Made by a program: the position numbers and the translations under genes. The notes beneath the pieces were generated by a model. That model made no database searches and was not told the origin of the DNA. It saw only the letters and a program-made list of their open reading frames with translations. A stretch of 64,000 nt of DNA, taken from Magallana gigas. Lineage: Eukaryota. The DNA lies in the NCBI RefSeq assembly GCF_963853765.1, contig NC_088855.1:22878001-22942000 (forward strand), read 5' to 3'. This document shows, piece by piece, positions 24,300 through 35,550 of the stretch. How positions within the stretch are numbered: position 1 is the first letter of the stretch; each line of letters begins with the position of its first letter.

Positions 24300-27200
24300 T
24301 CACTTCCGGTCGTCTGTTAAAAGTTTGGACGCCGCTGAATGGCCGTCACTCACATCGACCTCAAAGTCGTCTGCTTCTTTATCTCCAGTGTCCACGTGAT
24401 TGTAACTAGAATAGAACTTCCGGCCGTAGTCTACCTTATCGTCCCATCTGCGGTATTTTTTCGTTTTGGATGCTCTTTTCTTTTTCACAACTACGATTAT
24501 TATGATCAGTAAAACTAAAGCACCAACTCCACTTCCAACTCCGATGGCTATCCTTTTATCAACGTGCTTCAACATTTCCTTTATTTTTTGTCCTGTACCC
24601 GTTGGCTCTCTTGTACTTCCGGTATTATCCGATTTCTCATCATGCTCCGTCGTAGACGGTTTCCCCTGGTTGTTGTTGTTGTTAATAATTTGCTTCTCTT
24701 TTTCCTTTACTTTTACAATTTTCTCGTTGATTTCGTTCGATAATGTCTGTTGTTTGAATGGTCCATGGTTATCTTGTATTACCATTACCGAATCAATGAC
24801 CCGTTTTGTAAGCAGATTATATTGCTCCCAGTATAAATGCGTGGAATTCAGGACTTTCAATTTACCCACGCTACTGAGTGATTCATTTGCATTTGCAAAG
24901 GCTGACCATTCTTCTGTAAAAAAAAAAACCCAATCAACTCTGTCAGTGAATTTTTTTGATTGATGAAGAAAATAATATAAAGAAAACGAATATCACGCAC
25001 AGCTATAAGATTATCAGAGTCTGCAAACTCATGTTTGTTAAATCTTCCTAAAAATCCAGTTCATATAGCTCCTTCATATGAAAATACAATAAAATACAAT
25101 ATTTAATTTCCTGACATAGAGCGAATATATGAAAAAAATTGAAATTTACAAATCTAATTCACAAAAAAATGCAATATTTGTCGTCGTGTAAAAATTAAGG
25201 TGATACATTCCTCTACAATAAATTGACAAAAAATAGGCAATATTTCTAGTCATGTAAAAATCAATGTGTTTCATTTGTTCTCTTATATTTGATTAACAAA
25301 AAATAGACAGTAATTCAATTCATGCAATTCATGCAAAAATTAAGGTGTTACTGTATACCTCTTTGAGCTTTTTCCGGATCATCCCTGTGCCTACTTCCGG
25401 CTGCCCCGGAAATGAGCTGAACTGGTGCTTGTGGATTCGTGTAATTTTTGCTCAGAACCACTCCTTTATACTGCGGCCATAACCGCTCGTAGGAGTGTTC
25501 ATGTGCTTGTAGGACTATGTCGACGCCGTAGTTGTAGAATATGTCCTCTAACCTAAATTGAACAAAAAAAAATTGAAATAGAATAATAATGAGAACGCGC
25601 TCGATTTTTTTCTATTTTTTATTTACATGTAATATGTTACTATCTATAATTTCAACAACAGTACTGGCATAAAATTTTCTATACACAAATATAAAGTCAA
25701 ATTTAATATAGATCTTAAAAACCTCTAATTAAAGTTTACATAGAAGAAACTCTCATCAAAATTAAAAAATTCTTCAAATATTCATGGTACTGGACATGCA
25801 AAAGCAACCACAGCATATTGGGGAATTGAAGCATATTTCCATAAAAGGAGAGTACACGTGTACTTGCCCTGCCCGGACTTTGGAGTCCGCCTTGGTACAG
25901 TCATCGCCGTCACTGTTGGAGCAGTAGAGGGGGCGGTGGCCCAGGGCGATGACCCACGGGCGCCGGGCCCGGTTATCATTGGCCTGCTTCAGGTCAGCCT
26001 TCAACCAGTTGTTCTGTTCCGTGACGTACTGACCGTCTGAGGTGAAGAACACTTCGGTGGAATAGCTAAAAAATGGATTTGATATAAACGATTTGTAGTA
26101 ACAAGCAGGGACAATATGAATTAATTAACGTTAAATCTTCAGTTCAAATGATAGCGCCTGGAGGTTTCCTTTATTCTGACAGTAAGGATTTAAAAAAAAA
26201 ATGTTATCAACCAATACCAGGTATTTCGTAGTACATAATCATGCACTTTACTCCCAACCCCTTTTTATTTTTCACATTTTATCATTTACTATTTATAAAA
26301 TATTAAACACTAAACAACACAACCAAACATCTGTCGCATATAATGAGGAGAGTCATGGAGTCATCTTTCGATGGAAACTTTTACAATCAACCATATCAGA
26401 AAGATCTAGAATGTCTTTTCACATACTGTAAAATGATATTTTAATGTGTTACCTGACGAAGTGCACTAGACCAATATCGATACTGTACCACATCTTGTTC
26501 AGTGGGATAGGCCAGGGCGTCCCTGGGGTAGAGAACCGGTGTCGGTAATGGGCAAAACTACCGGTGTCTATTTCTGCAAGGAAAGGGATTTTTGATATAA
26601 TATGAAAGGGAAACAGCAATGCATTGTGCTCGTTGATATCTATACGAGTGTTTATCAAAGGAGAAAGGGTTTTGTGGTAGTAAACTCACCGTGATTCCCC
26701 GGTGAAGTCAAATACTGAACCCTGGCGGAAAAGTCCTCGATAATTTGTAGAAACAGGTCACCCCTCTGTGAATCAAATTACAAAATAAGAAAAAACGGAA
26801 CTTTTGATATTGATAACGAAATGAATCGTCGTTGTTTATATGGTTGTGTACATGCACAAAGCACTATCACATTTAGGATTTGTAATTGTTATACTTTCAT
26901 GTTAAATACTGAAATCTGATTGGTTAAAACGCAGTTAATAATATTTTCTATTACCCTCAGCGTTAGTAACGCACTTAGCAACGGGTAACATTAAAAAATG
27001 TTACATGCGCGAAAATTATGCGCGTACGGTTCGCTGTAGAATTCACGTTATTCTTATATAAAAGCAGTAAAATTTTCTTAAAAATTAAGACATTCAGTAT
27101 AACAAAATAAATAGTGCCTGTTTGGGAGGATAACAGTGGAAATTGACACCCCTCGAAAACCATTGTCAACCTCCGCTTCGCGTCGGTTGACAATGGTTTT

Positions 27201-28035
27201 CTCGGGGTGTCAATTTCAACTGTTACCCTCCCAAACAGGCACTATTTATATAATGTCACACAGTATTTACAAAGGCGTGCCATATGTTGCCCACATCAAA
27301 ATTCAGTACATGAACATGAGAGGGAGGGTTGTACTTAAAATGATTGCATTTGTCCTCTCGACATTCTGGCTAACTACGATTAAGCAAGCGTATATACCCC
27401 CCCCCCCCCTTAATTAATTACCACCAACACCACACTTCTCAAGAAGACCACCTTTTTTCATAAAATTAGTTTCCGCGATTGAAAATAGAAATGTTATTTA
27501 TGTATTCGTAATGGGATTAAACACTGTGTATGTAAATGTAAAATAGTTTTGATATTAAATAGAAAACAACAACAAAATCTAGACGCTTTCTCGCAAAGTA
27601 ATCTATTTTTACGCTGCTAATTTACCGCTAAAATAAATATGAGATATATATACATGTAAATATATGCAGGATAACATGCAAACACCATCGTGCTCCAATT
27701 CTCACCTGTGTACATTGATCCGGGGAAGTTTCATTGAGGGAAGTATTACTTTGCTGTGAGAAAAATGAATCTATCAACTATTGAACTAAAGTACTTAAAA
27801 AAAATTCCTGTTTTCTTTTAATTAATTAATAGATACCCAATCCATCAATGAAAATAATATAAACAAGAGAAAATTTAATTGGCCCCAAGCTCTTCAATTT
27901 AATACACAGGTTTTTTTAATTTTAAAAGGATGAACTTAAAAAAGAAACATTACCGATACTAAAAGTGCGTTAAAACGTTAAGAAATATTGGTAGTGCATT
28001 AAATAACTGTGATGGCTTCCAAATTAATGAATATC

Positions 28036-28108
<73 letters not shown>

Positions 28109-29841
28109 GCATTCGTTACCTTTCCCCCGTCGTCTTCCATGTTGTAAGCCATATCGCCGACATGAAATATGGCGGTGTATTTTCCCGACAATGCCTCCTT
28201 CTCCAGAGCAGGGACCACGTCTGACTCTACCCCCATGTCGCCATACACCAGAAACTCCGGAATCCATTCCTAGAGGAGAAAATATGACATATGTTGGTCT
28301 AAACCATAAACTTCAAGATTTTTTAATTGTAGATGAGCAATACCTTTCAACGTCACGTGACGATTTGGTTTCCACACATCTACAGATTTTTGAATCCCAA
28401 TCATGAGTATTTTGACGTTTATGCAAGTAAAATACTTTCTAATGAAAATGTGAACTCATGATGGATTCCTCATAAATGAACTGACAATGTTTTTTTAATT
28501 GCTGTTAATTAATAAAATAACAGTGACAAACAATGTTATAATTATTTTCTAGACTACATGTGAAATGCTTGTCCCCAGAGACCGCGTCCTGTAATCAATA
28601 CAACAATCATTTATACCCCTTGTATACATGTAAATCGAATTATGTAGGAAAACTAATATCCGAAATAGAATTATATTCCGTACACACATAAGAAAATTAA
28701 GACATTTAATTAATTGCCCACTCCGTGCAAGAAAAACCCCATTCTTAGCCCATAAATTTCTACTGGTTGAGTCTGATGCCGTTATTCCTTTCTGACAGGA
28801 TACGTAAAGTCGCCCACGTACGCGTCATACTTCACACTTTACAGACAGACAGACAGACACAGTGTCATATCTTGTAGTTCAACCGACAGACTGGTTTATG
28901 ATTTTTTCCTCCCTCCCTTTTATTTACACAGTAAAATACGTACGTATCCTGCTGGTGGCGTTTTGAAGAAGAGAGGTCCTCTACTGATTTGGTTACTGAC
29001 GGGTCTGTAGAAATAAGTTCTGGCGTTCTCCAGGTCCTGAGTAAAAAGAATTGACAAACCGGTCTTTCTTTAAGATCTACGTATGTTTTGGTGGTATGAA
29101 AATGCAAATTTCTCTTTTGACGTTATTCTTTTAATTTCCAATTCAACTGAATTGGTGAATATAAGTTACTTTGTTTGTACATATATAACAAAAAGCTGAA
29201 GACAGACTAAAGACTTACTTTAAGAACAACTCGGTGGAGGTAGCGTTGTCCATTTGGGTTGGACTCGGTGAATTCCTTTGTCTCCCCAGCGGCTCTCAGG
29301 GAAAGGTCCCAGGGCCCGAGTCCGTACTCCACGGAGGTGGAACAATTCCCCGCCGTGGACCACATTACAATTGCGTCAGACACTTTGTCACCGAAGGTAA
29401 TGTGGACTCCATTAGGGTGACATGGCACTAGCAAGGGAAATAAAAAAAATGGTGTACTATAGTCTGTCCCAAGATATTTGTGCAACACATTTGGGCGATT
29501 TTTATTAAAAATACACATACCTGTGAAAGAAGTGCAATTGAAATAGTTGAAAGGGATATTTCCCAAGATAATTTCATTGACACATTATCTCCGTAGACAT
29601 CATATTTTTAAGCATTGCATTGAAACCTGATAAGCTAACAGGGGCGTTTCGACTTAGAAATCTTGGAAATTTTTCATACTTTTGAATGAACATCGTTTGA
29701 ATCCTGAGGTATTTATAAATATCAAGCAATTAAGCCAAATGTGAATCCAGAATATCTTGGCACAGAGTATAACTGGCTTACATAACAAATGCTTATACTT
29801 TTAAAGATCGATCATTTCAAACAAACTACAGTTACAAGTAT

Positions 29842-29914
<73 letters not shown>

Positions 29915-32090
29915 CACCCAGCCATCCAAAAATGTATGACTTATGTAAAGTATGGTTGGCAAGCCCTGTACATAAATTTACTTTGTTTCTAAATAGATAG
30001 AACATTATAATGCTAAAGCATATTTCCTTCAGGCATACATGTATACGACCGAGATAGGTGAAACAAAAGTCTGGCTAGATAAAACTGATGAATATCAGAA
30101 TAACGGAAGCCTCGGTATCACGTCCCGTCGATCATCGTGTATAGCGATCTGTACATCATATGACATGAGATCAAGATCTGAGATCGGTGATGAAAGTCAA
30201 TTATCCATTATGTAAGCTAATTTTTCAAATGTAAAGAAAAATTAATAGTTCGTGTTGGCTTTTCTCAAGAACTGCTTATTTGTAATAATACAAAGCATTT
30301 CATCTCATTAATAAAGCATAATTACTTAGGCTACTATAGTATCTTACACTTGAATATAGATATTTTAAAATGACAAATTCTAAAACAAAGAAAAATAATA
30401 ATTCAATAATTTGAGATTGTTATAGATAGATCTTTTGAGGCTGGATATTTTTCTGTTTCTTAATACCGAGCTCTTCTTCTCAAGGAGATAAACATTGTAT
30501 AAAAGTGACGACGGCCATTGAGCCCTCTTAATTTCGTTGAATTACATGACATCAATGTAACATATGTCTCGGATAATATTAGAGAACCGCCAAGCTTAAT
30601 TATGAACTTCAACAACTGCTTGCTAATGTCTGTTACTAGTAATTAGTTACATGATTCGTTACGGTAATATGGACGCCAGTAACAAGTCGACTGTGTCATG
30701 CGCCTTCAAGCGGGTAACGATGTTGATGACATTCAAGTTTCGCCATTAATGGCCTATTGCTTTATGTGGGCAAGGCCATACGATCCTCGCTTAACGGCGG
30801 ATGTTAGATCGACAATTTTTGTGAATAATTGAGCAAATAATTCAATTCCGAACACTTTTCTTCTCAATCTTTTATATGCACGTTTGAAATAATTAAATCA
30901 GATACAGACGAGGTTGTCACAAGGGGATTATTAGGTCTACACGAATGTATATTTATCAACCAAGCAAGCTGTCGTCTGGAGACATTCACATTGCGATCTT
31001 TTCACTGTTTTTGCAGAAAAGCAAGAAAACTATCAACATATAAAAAATCAGTGTAAATTATTGAAGAAAAAAATTGTGAAATAAGACAGGCAATAAAAAT
31101 CCATTGTGGTACTGACGCAGGATCTTGTATGTAAAAACTCTTCTTCATAGCCTTTAGGTCTTTCTGTCTGACAGTGTGCAAATCTGTGTAGGCTTGTACT
31201 GTAGAGGGACTATACACCTAGCGTAATGTGGATTAACAAACGTGAAATACATGATGTGTAAAGGGCATTTGATTTTCATCTAATCTGTACATTTGAAACT
31301 AGTTGAACATTACTATTTTGATTCTAAAAATATGAGAAATATACTTTATATAAAACAAATGTGTCTATCGCACCAATTATTGTCTGTCTCTCGATCCGTC
31401 TGTCTGTCTGTCTGTCTTTCTCTCTGTACAAAACGCTCAGATTGAGTATTTGCGTATATTATTTGGATGTGATTACAATAATAAAGACATGCAGCTCTCC
31501 TGACGACATTTGTTCTCAGCTGAATCAATACAAGGTACAGTCACCATCGTCCGACATTTTTTGCGTCACAGCTGCAAGCCTGTTGATGCTACAGGTCACT
31601 TGACGGTTTATTTACTTTTGCAAAAATTTAAGCGAATACTTAGATGGGCCTAAAGCTCATCCATGGCATATTTTCAAGACTGACATTTAGAACAATTGAG
31701 TTGTCTGAACCCTTTCCCCATCCTCACAAAAAAGAACAAAAACAATTGAGATTAGTTCTAATTTGTTGGTGTTCTTATGAGCCGATAAGCAAAGTCAATA
31801 GTGATTACCACATGCATGAGATAATTTAATTCCTTCTTAATTTGTTTGAAGTGACACCACGTGTTTATCGCCCCATACCCCAACCCAGCCTATTTTAACA
31901 GACTATAATCGAATTTTAAACACCGGGTACTAACTTAATTTTCTGTCAACAATGCAAATGACACCTTGTACAATATATAATGGACGTTTCTCGCATACTT
32001 AGTCTTTATAGTCTTTACCATGCGTTTGTTGACACCTCTTATCTTTGGGATAATAATATGTGTACATCATTTCAATTGTTATAATAAGCG

Positions 32091-32126
<36 letters not shown>

Positions 32127-32356
32127 CACACTCATATAGACACATACACAACATACATGCACTGTCATAGGCTAACAGTACATAACAAGCACATACACAT
32201 GTAAAACTTTCAAAACAATAAAAAAAAACCCCTAAATTTGTTAGTTTATAAAAAGCAAAAATGAAAGTTAGTTTTCTTACCTTCTTCATCGTGTGAGGAA
32301 TGGACAGCAGTAAAATAAAGAATGAGAGAAAGACCCCCAAACATAATAGAAAACAT
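24300..32356 (-). CDS. ACP7: Purple acid phosphatase (ACP7-like) with C-terminal stalk, TM helix and cytoplasmic tail, 576 aa, 9 exons
   Basis: Exons 32356-32281, 29427-29219, 29036-28944, 28269-28120, 26765-26690, 26573-26453, 26065-25868, 25552-25359, 24913-24300 (1731 nt). Signal peptide MFSIMFGGLSLILYFTAVHS; N-terminal FN3-like domain (PNGVHITFG...HRVVLKDL); all five metal-ligand motifs: GDMG, GDMAY, GNHE, ALGH, AHEH. The symbol denotes the family only; strict orthology is unverified. Confidence 0.92.
26880..27250. mobile_element. Non-autonomous DNA element ending in a ~64-bp-arm hairpin
   Basis: Near-perfect inverted repeat 27108-27171 / 27185-27247 around the loop TCCGCTTCGCGTC. Possibly Crypton-like; not confirmed. 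Confidence 0.6.
28037..28105. repeat. (GA)n microsatellite
   Basis: Direct reading; lies ~15 nt into the intron after phosphatase exon 4. Confidence 0.95.
29457..29771. mobile_element. MITE, copy 2 (in phosphatase intron 1)
   Basis: Left CTATAGTCTGTCCCAAGATATT and right AATATCTTGGCACAGAGTATA are inverted termini; homologous to 20284-20765. Confidence 0.75.
29843..29912. repeat. (CT)n microsatellite
   Basis: Direct reading. Confidence 0.95.
32096..32124. repeat. (CT)n microsatellite
   Basis: Direct reading. Confidence 0.9.
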
Positions 32357-32399
32357 AACGAGCTCGATGTGCTGTGGACAAGTGCACGCTCTGTTCTAT

Positions 32400-32934
32400 A
32401 TCATCGTGGAAAAATTCGTCACTGCTCCCTAGTACTGCCAGCTGTTGCGCTATAATAAAATCGATTTTTTGAGATAGAGCTTTTCCTTTGCCGGGACACG
32501 TGATATAATAGAGGGACTTTATTTAGTGCAATGCTGATTTAAAAATAAATTGAAAGAAAGATCCTGTACAATTTTGAATGAAAATCGATACAAAATTAAA
32601 TCCTATGGACGCATTCAAACGGAAATCAGTGGATATGTTTGCTGTTTCTGTATCGTGTTCAGAGACATGGCCGGTAAATATGGCTGGGGGAAGAATTTAA
32701 TAGTTCATTGAATTCTAAGTTTGTGTATACATGTTTACTGCAACACTGATCAAGCGTTGAGACTGGCACATTATTATTTGTCCTGGGTAGCAAATTTAAA
32801 GGAAGATCGACTGATAGAAAGATATAATATTAATAGCGAAAAATAAATCGAATGTCAATTTACATGAACATGCACGTGTACCCGAATCCGTAAACGTTAT
32901 ATACATTGACGCAAATTCATGGTGCATATAAATG

Positions 32935-32976
<42 letters not shown>

Positions 32977-33240
32977 ATCAGTAGTTATAAAACCTACATA
33001 ATATAACGCAGATTATAATCATTATTGATTGTAAGGCATCGCATTAAATAAATTGCTACTCTCATCTGTATATATATCATGATAATATTTACCTTGCTCA
33101 GGAAAGACGAATTTAACCCCCCCCCCCCCCCCATCACTCTAATTATCAGGGAAGATAACTCTGTTTGCAATTTATCGCACCTGTTCACTTCCGGTTATAG
33201 GTGACCTGCGCTAGCAAGGCTGAAAACCGAGAAGTGAAAG
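32400..33240. promoter_or_regulatory. Divergent promoter region between the phosphatase and CUB-LDLa genes
   Basis: Phosphatase ATG at 32356 (-). Candidate non-coding first exon of the CUB gene ends at 33298 with a CAAAG|GTAAGA donor. ETS-type CACTTCCGGT at ~33186; locally CpG-rich; (GA)n at 32939-32972. Confidence 0.5.
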
Positions 33241-35550
33241 CTTGACAAGGATGAGTAGATTGGAAGAGTGTAATTAAAACACCTAAATATCCTCAAAGGT
33301 AAGATCTTTCGAACATGACAGCGATTCCTGCGTATATAACTGGATACATGAGTTGACGCCAAATGTCAACAGATGGTACCTAACCCGAGGAGCCATTTGA
33401 CAATATTTATAACCATGTAGTGCTTTAGGTTTGCGTCTTTTCTTTTTAGATCCCGTGATTCTTATTTATGTAATTCAAGTACATGTACTATATTCTAACC
33501 CTTTGCAACGATAGAAAGAACCCAACACTCTAGAATAGACTTCTATACAGATAATTTTTAAGAAATGGTGCGTTTTTACATATATCTATTTTGTACATGT
33601 ACCACCATGACACATAGGAAGACAATTTTTTAGCAGTTTTTCCTTTACTTCCAGGTTACAAATACATTAACCTTTACATATGTACATTATGCATGCAAAT
33701 GAAATAGCAATCAACTCAGGTTAACAGGATATTTAAAATGATTATTTATTCACCTAGCTATATGTTAATTTACTTGTCAACTTCTATCTCTTGTTGGCAC
33801 CAGTTTTTTTTTTAAAGGAGATAAAAGAAATGCAAATACTGGTGGTATATATATTGCTGTAATAATCATAATAGAGACTTATGTAGCATTGAAAGGTTAA
33901 TTTACAGTCTGAGAATGAGAGATCCATAGATTTATTAACAAAGCTGCATGGTGAAGAAAATGTGTACAAGTAATGCTGATCATCAGAGCTTCCAGAATGC
34001 CCTTCAATATTTTTCATTAAAAGTAAACCATGTATAATGTGTGATATATGAACAGTCTATGAATTTGCATCAACTGAGATGTTTTATAATTCGTGATTGG
34101 AAGGAAGAAAAAATATGTTTAACATAGTCTTTAATTATAAAGGTAAAATTTACAGTATCAAGAATAAGTAACTCCATGGACAATGGGCTTCTCAATTTGT
34201 CATTAATAGTTAGACATATTTTCAAAAGTTAAATATATTAATAGGAAGCCAGTCATGAGGACTTTAAAATCGCTATAAACTTTGATGTACCCATGCTATT
34301 TAAGATATCAATTAACGCCTGATAAGTAAAAAAAAAAAATCAACTGTATTTGCTTTATTACTTAGCTAGCATAAATTAAATGACCTAACTCGAATAATTT
34401 TGTCATATGATATGCTTTAGTTGTAAGAAAAATACCAATATCACAATATTACTGGTACGTAGATAGGATGATTATGTTATACATGTAGTATAAAACTGAT
34501 ATATAATTATTATAACTTTGTTGGATTTCTAAACAAATGCTAGTACACGTCTCACATTACTGACTGGTCTTACAACTGAATTCTGTTGGTATTATAGGGA
34601 ATGTACGTACTATAAAAAAGATTTTACTATGGGAATTGGTTCTTTTGTTCCTATCTTTCTCCAGAATATCACAATTGTGAAAGGATGAATTTGACATAAC
34701 ACACAAGTTTTATAAAATGCCAAGAGAATGATTCATTCTGTGCAACGACTCTTAATCCCCCCTCGATCCTATAAAAAATCAAAACCTTTGTCAATTGAAG
34801 ACTTCTAGGAATAAATAACTGTGATATCCCCCACCTCCTAGTTTTAATTTGTACATAATTATGCATTAAATCAAAAAGTTATCTATTATTTATGTGGATA
34901 TGCTGTTATTGCTGAGAGTTTGTTAGATATTGCTGATTGATTTCTCGTCAGATTCAATCTGTGTACATCCACTGAAGCTGAACTGTCCATAGATCATATC
35001 ACTCCTCTTTGTTCCCTCACCGAGTGGCTAGTTACATACAGTAACAAAAAAAGATCATTCAGCGTTATATTGAAAACTTACTTTCCATTGATTGTAAAAA
35101 AAAAAAATTATTATCATCATACTGGTACCGGTAATCAGAATCTTTGATGATAATTTTAGAACACACCACCCTTACCAAAACAGCAAGCCTCTATATATCT
35201 TGTGGTTCATACACCTATGAAGTACATGGATTTGAAGTTAACATTGTGTTATCAGAAGTTGTTTTATTTTATTGAATGTAATATGCATTTACAGTGTTGA
35301 ATTATACAATGGAAGTGGCATAGACCGCTGCTGGTTAAGCTCTCAGCACTGGCCCAGCCACTACATGTCGGCAAACAAAGGGTTTTAAATCTTGTGCTGT
35401 GCAAACATCCTGAAGCTATAGTCTAGTGGACACATCCCTAACTCTTTACACATCAGACATGTTAATTTGTTTTTTTATACTTAATTTACACATGATTCTT
35501 TTTATAACAGATGAAGCAGTGACTGCAGGTCCCATTGTATGTAAGCCAAG

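Noticed and set aside
24161-24963. Plus-strand ORFs 24161-24409 and 24466-24963
   Set aside because: Antisense to the last phosphatase exon.
28009-28267. ORFs with ERERER or LSLSLS runs (also 1369-1587, 29789-29992, 31999-32340)
   Set aside because: Produced by GA/CT microsatellites; only the parts matching real exons were kept.
29207-29566. ORF-track start at 29566 as the phosphatase N-terminus
   Set aside because: It lies in a MITE, has an in-frame stop just upstream and no signal peptide; exon 32356-32281 gives a signal peptide in the correct phase.
31002-31603. Possible nested exons in phosphatase intron 1 (31217-31002 minus; 31361-31603 plus)
   Set aside because: No recognisable domain. 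The minus ORF is out of phase with exon 1 and the plus ORF runs through a (TGTC)n tract; a homology search would be needed.
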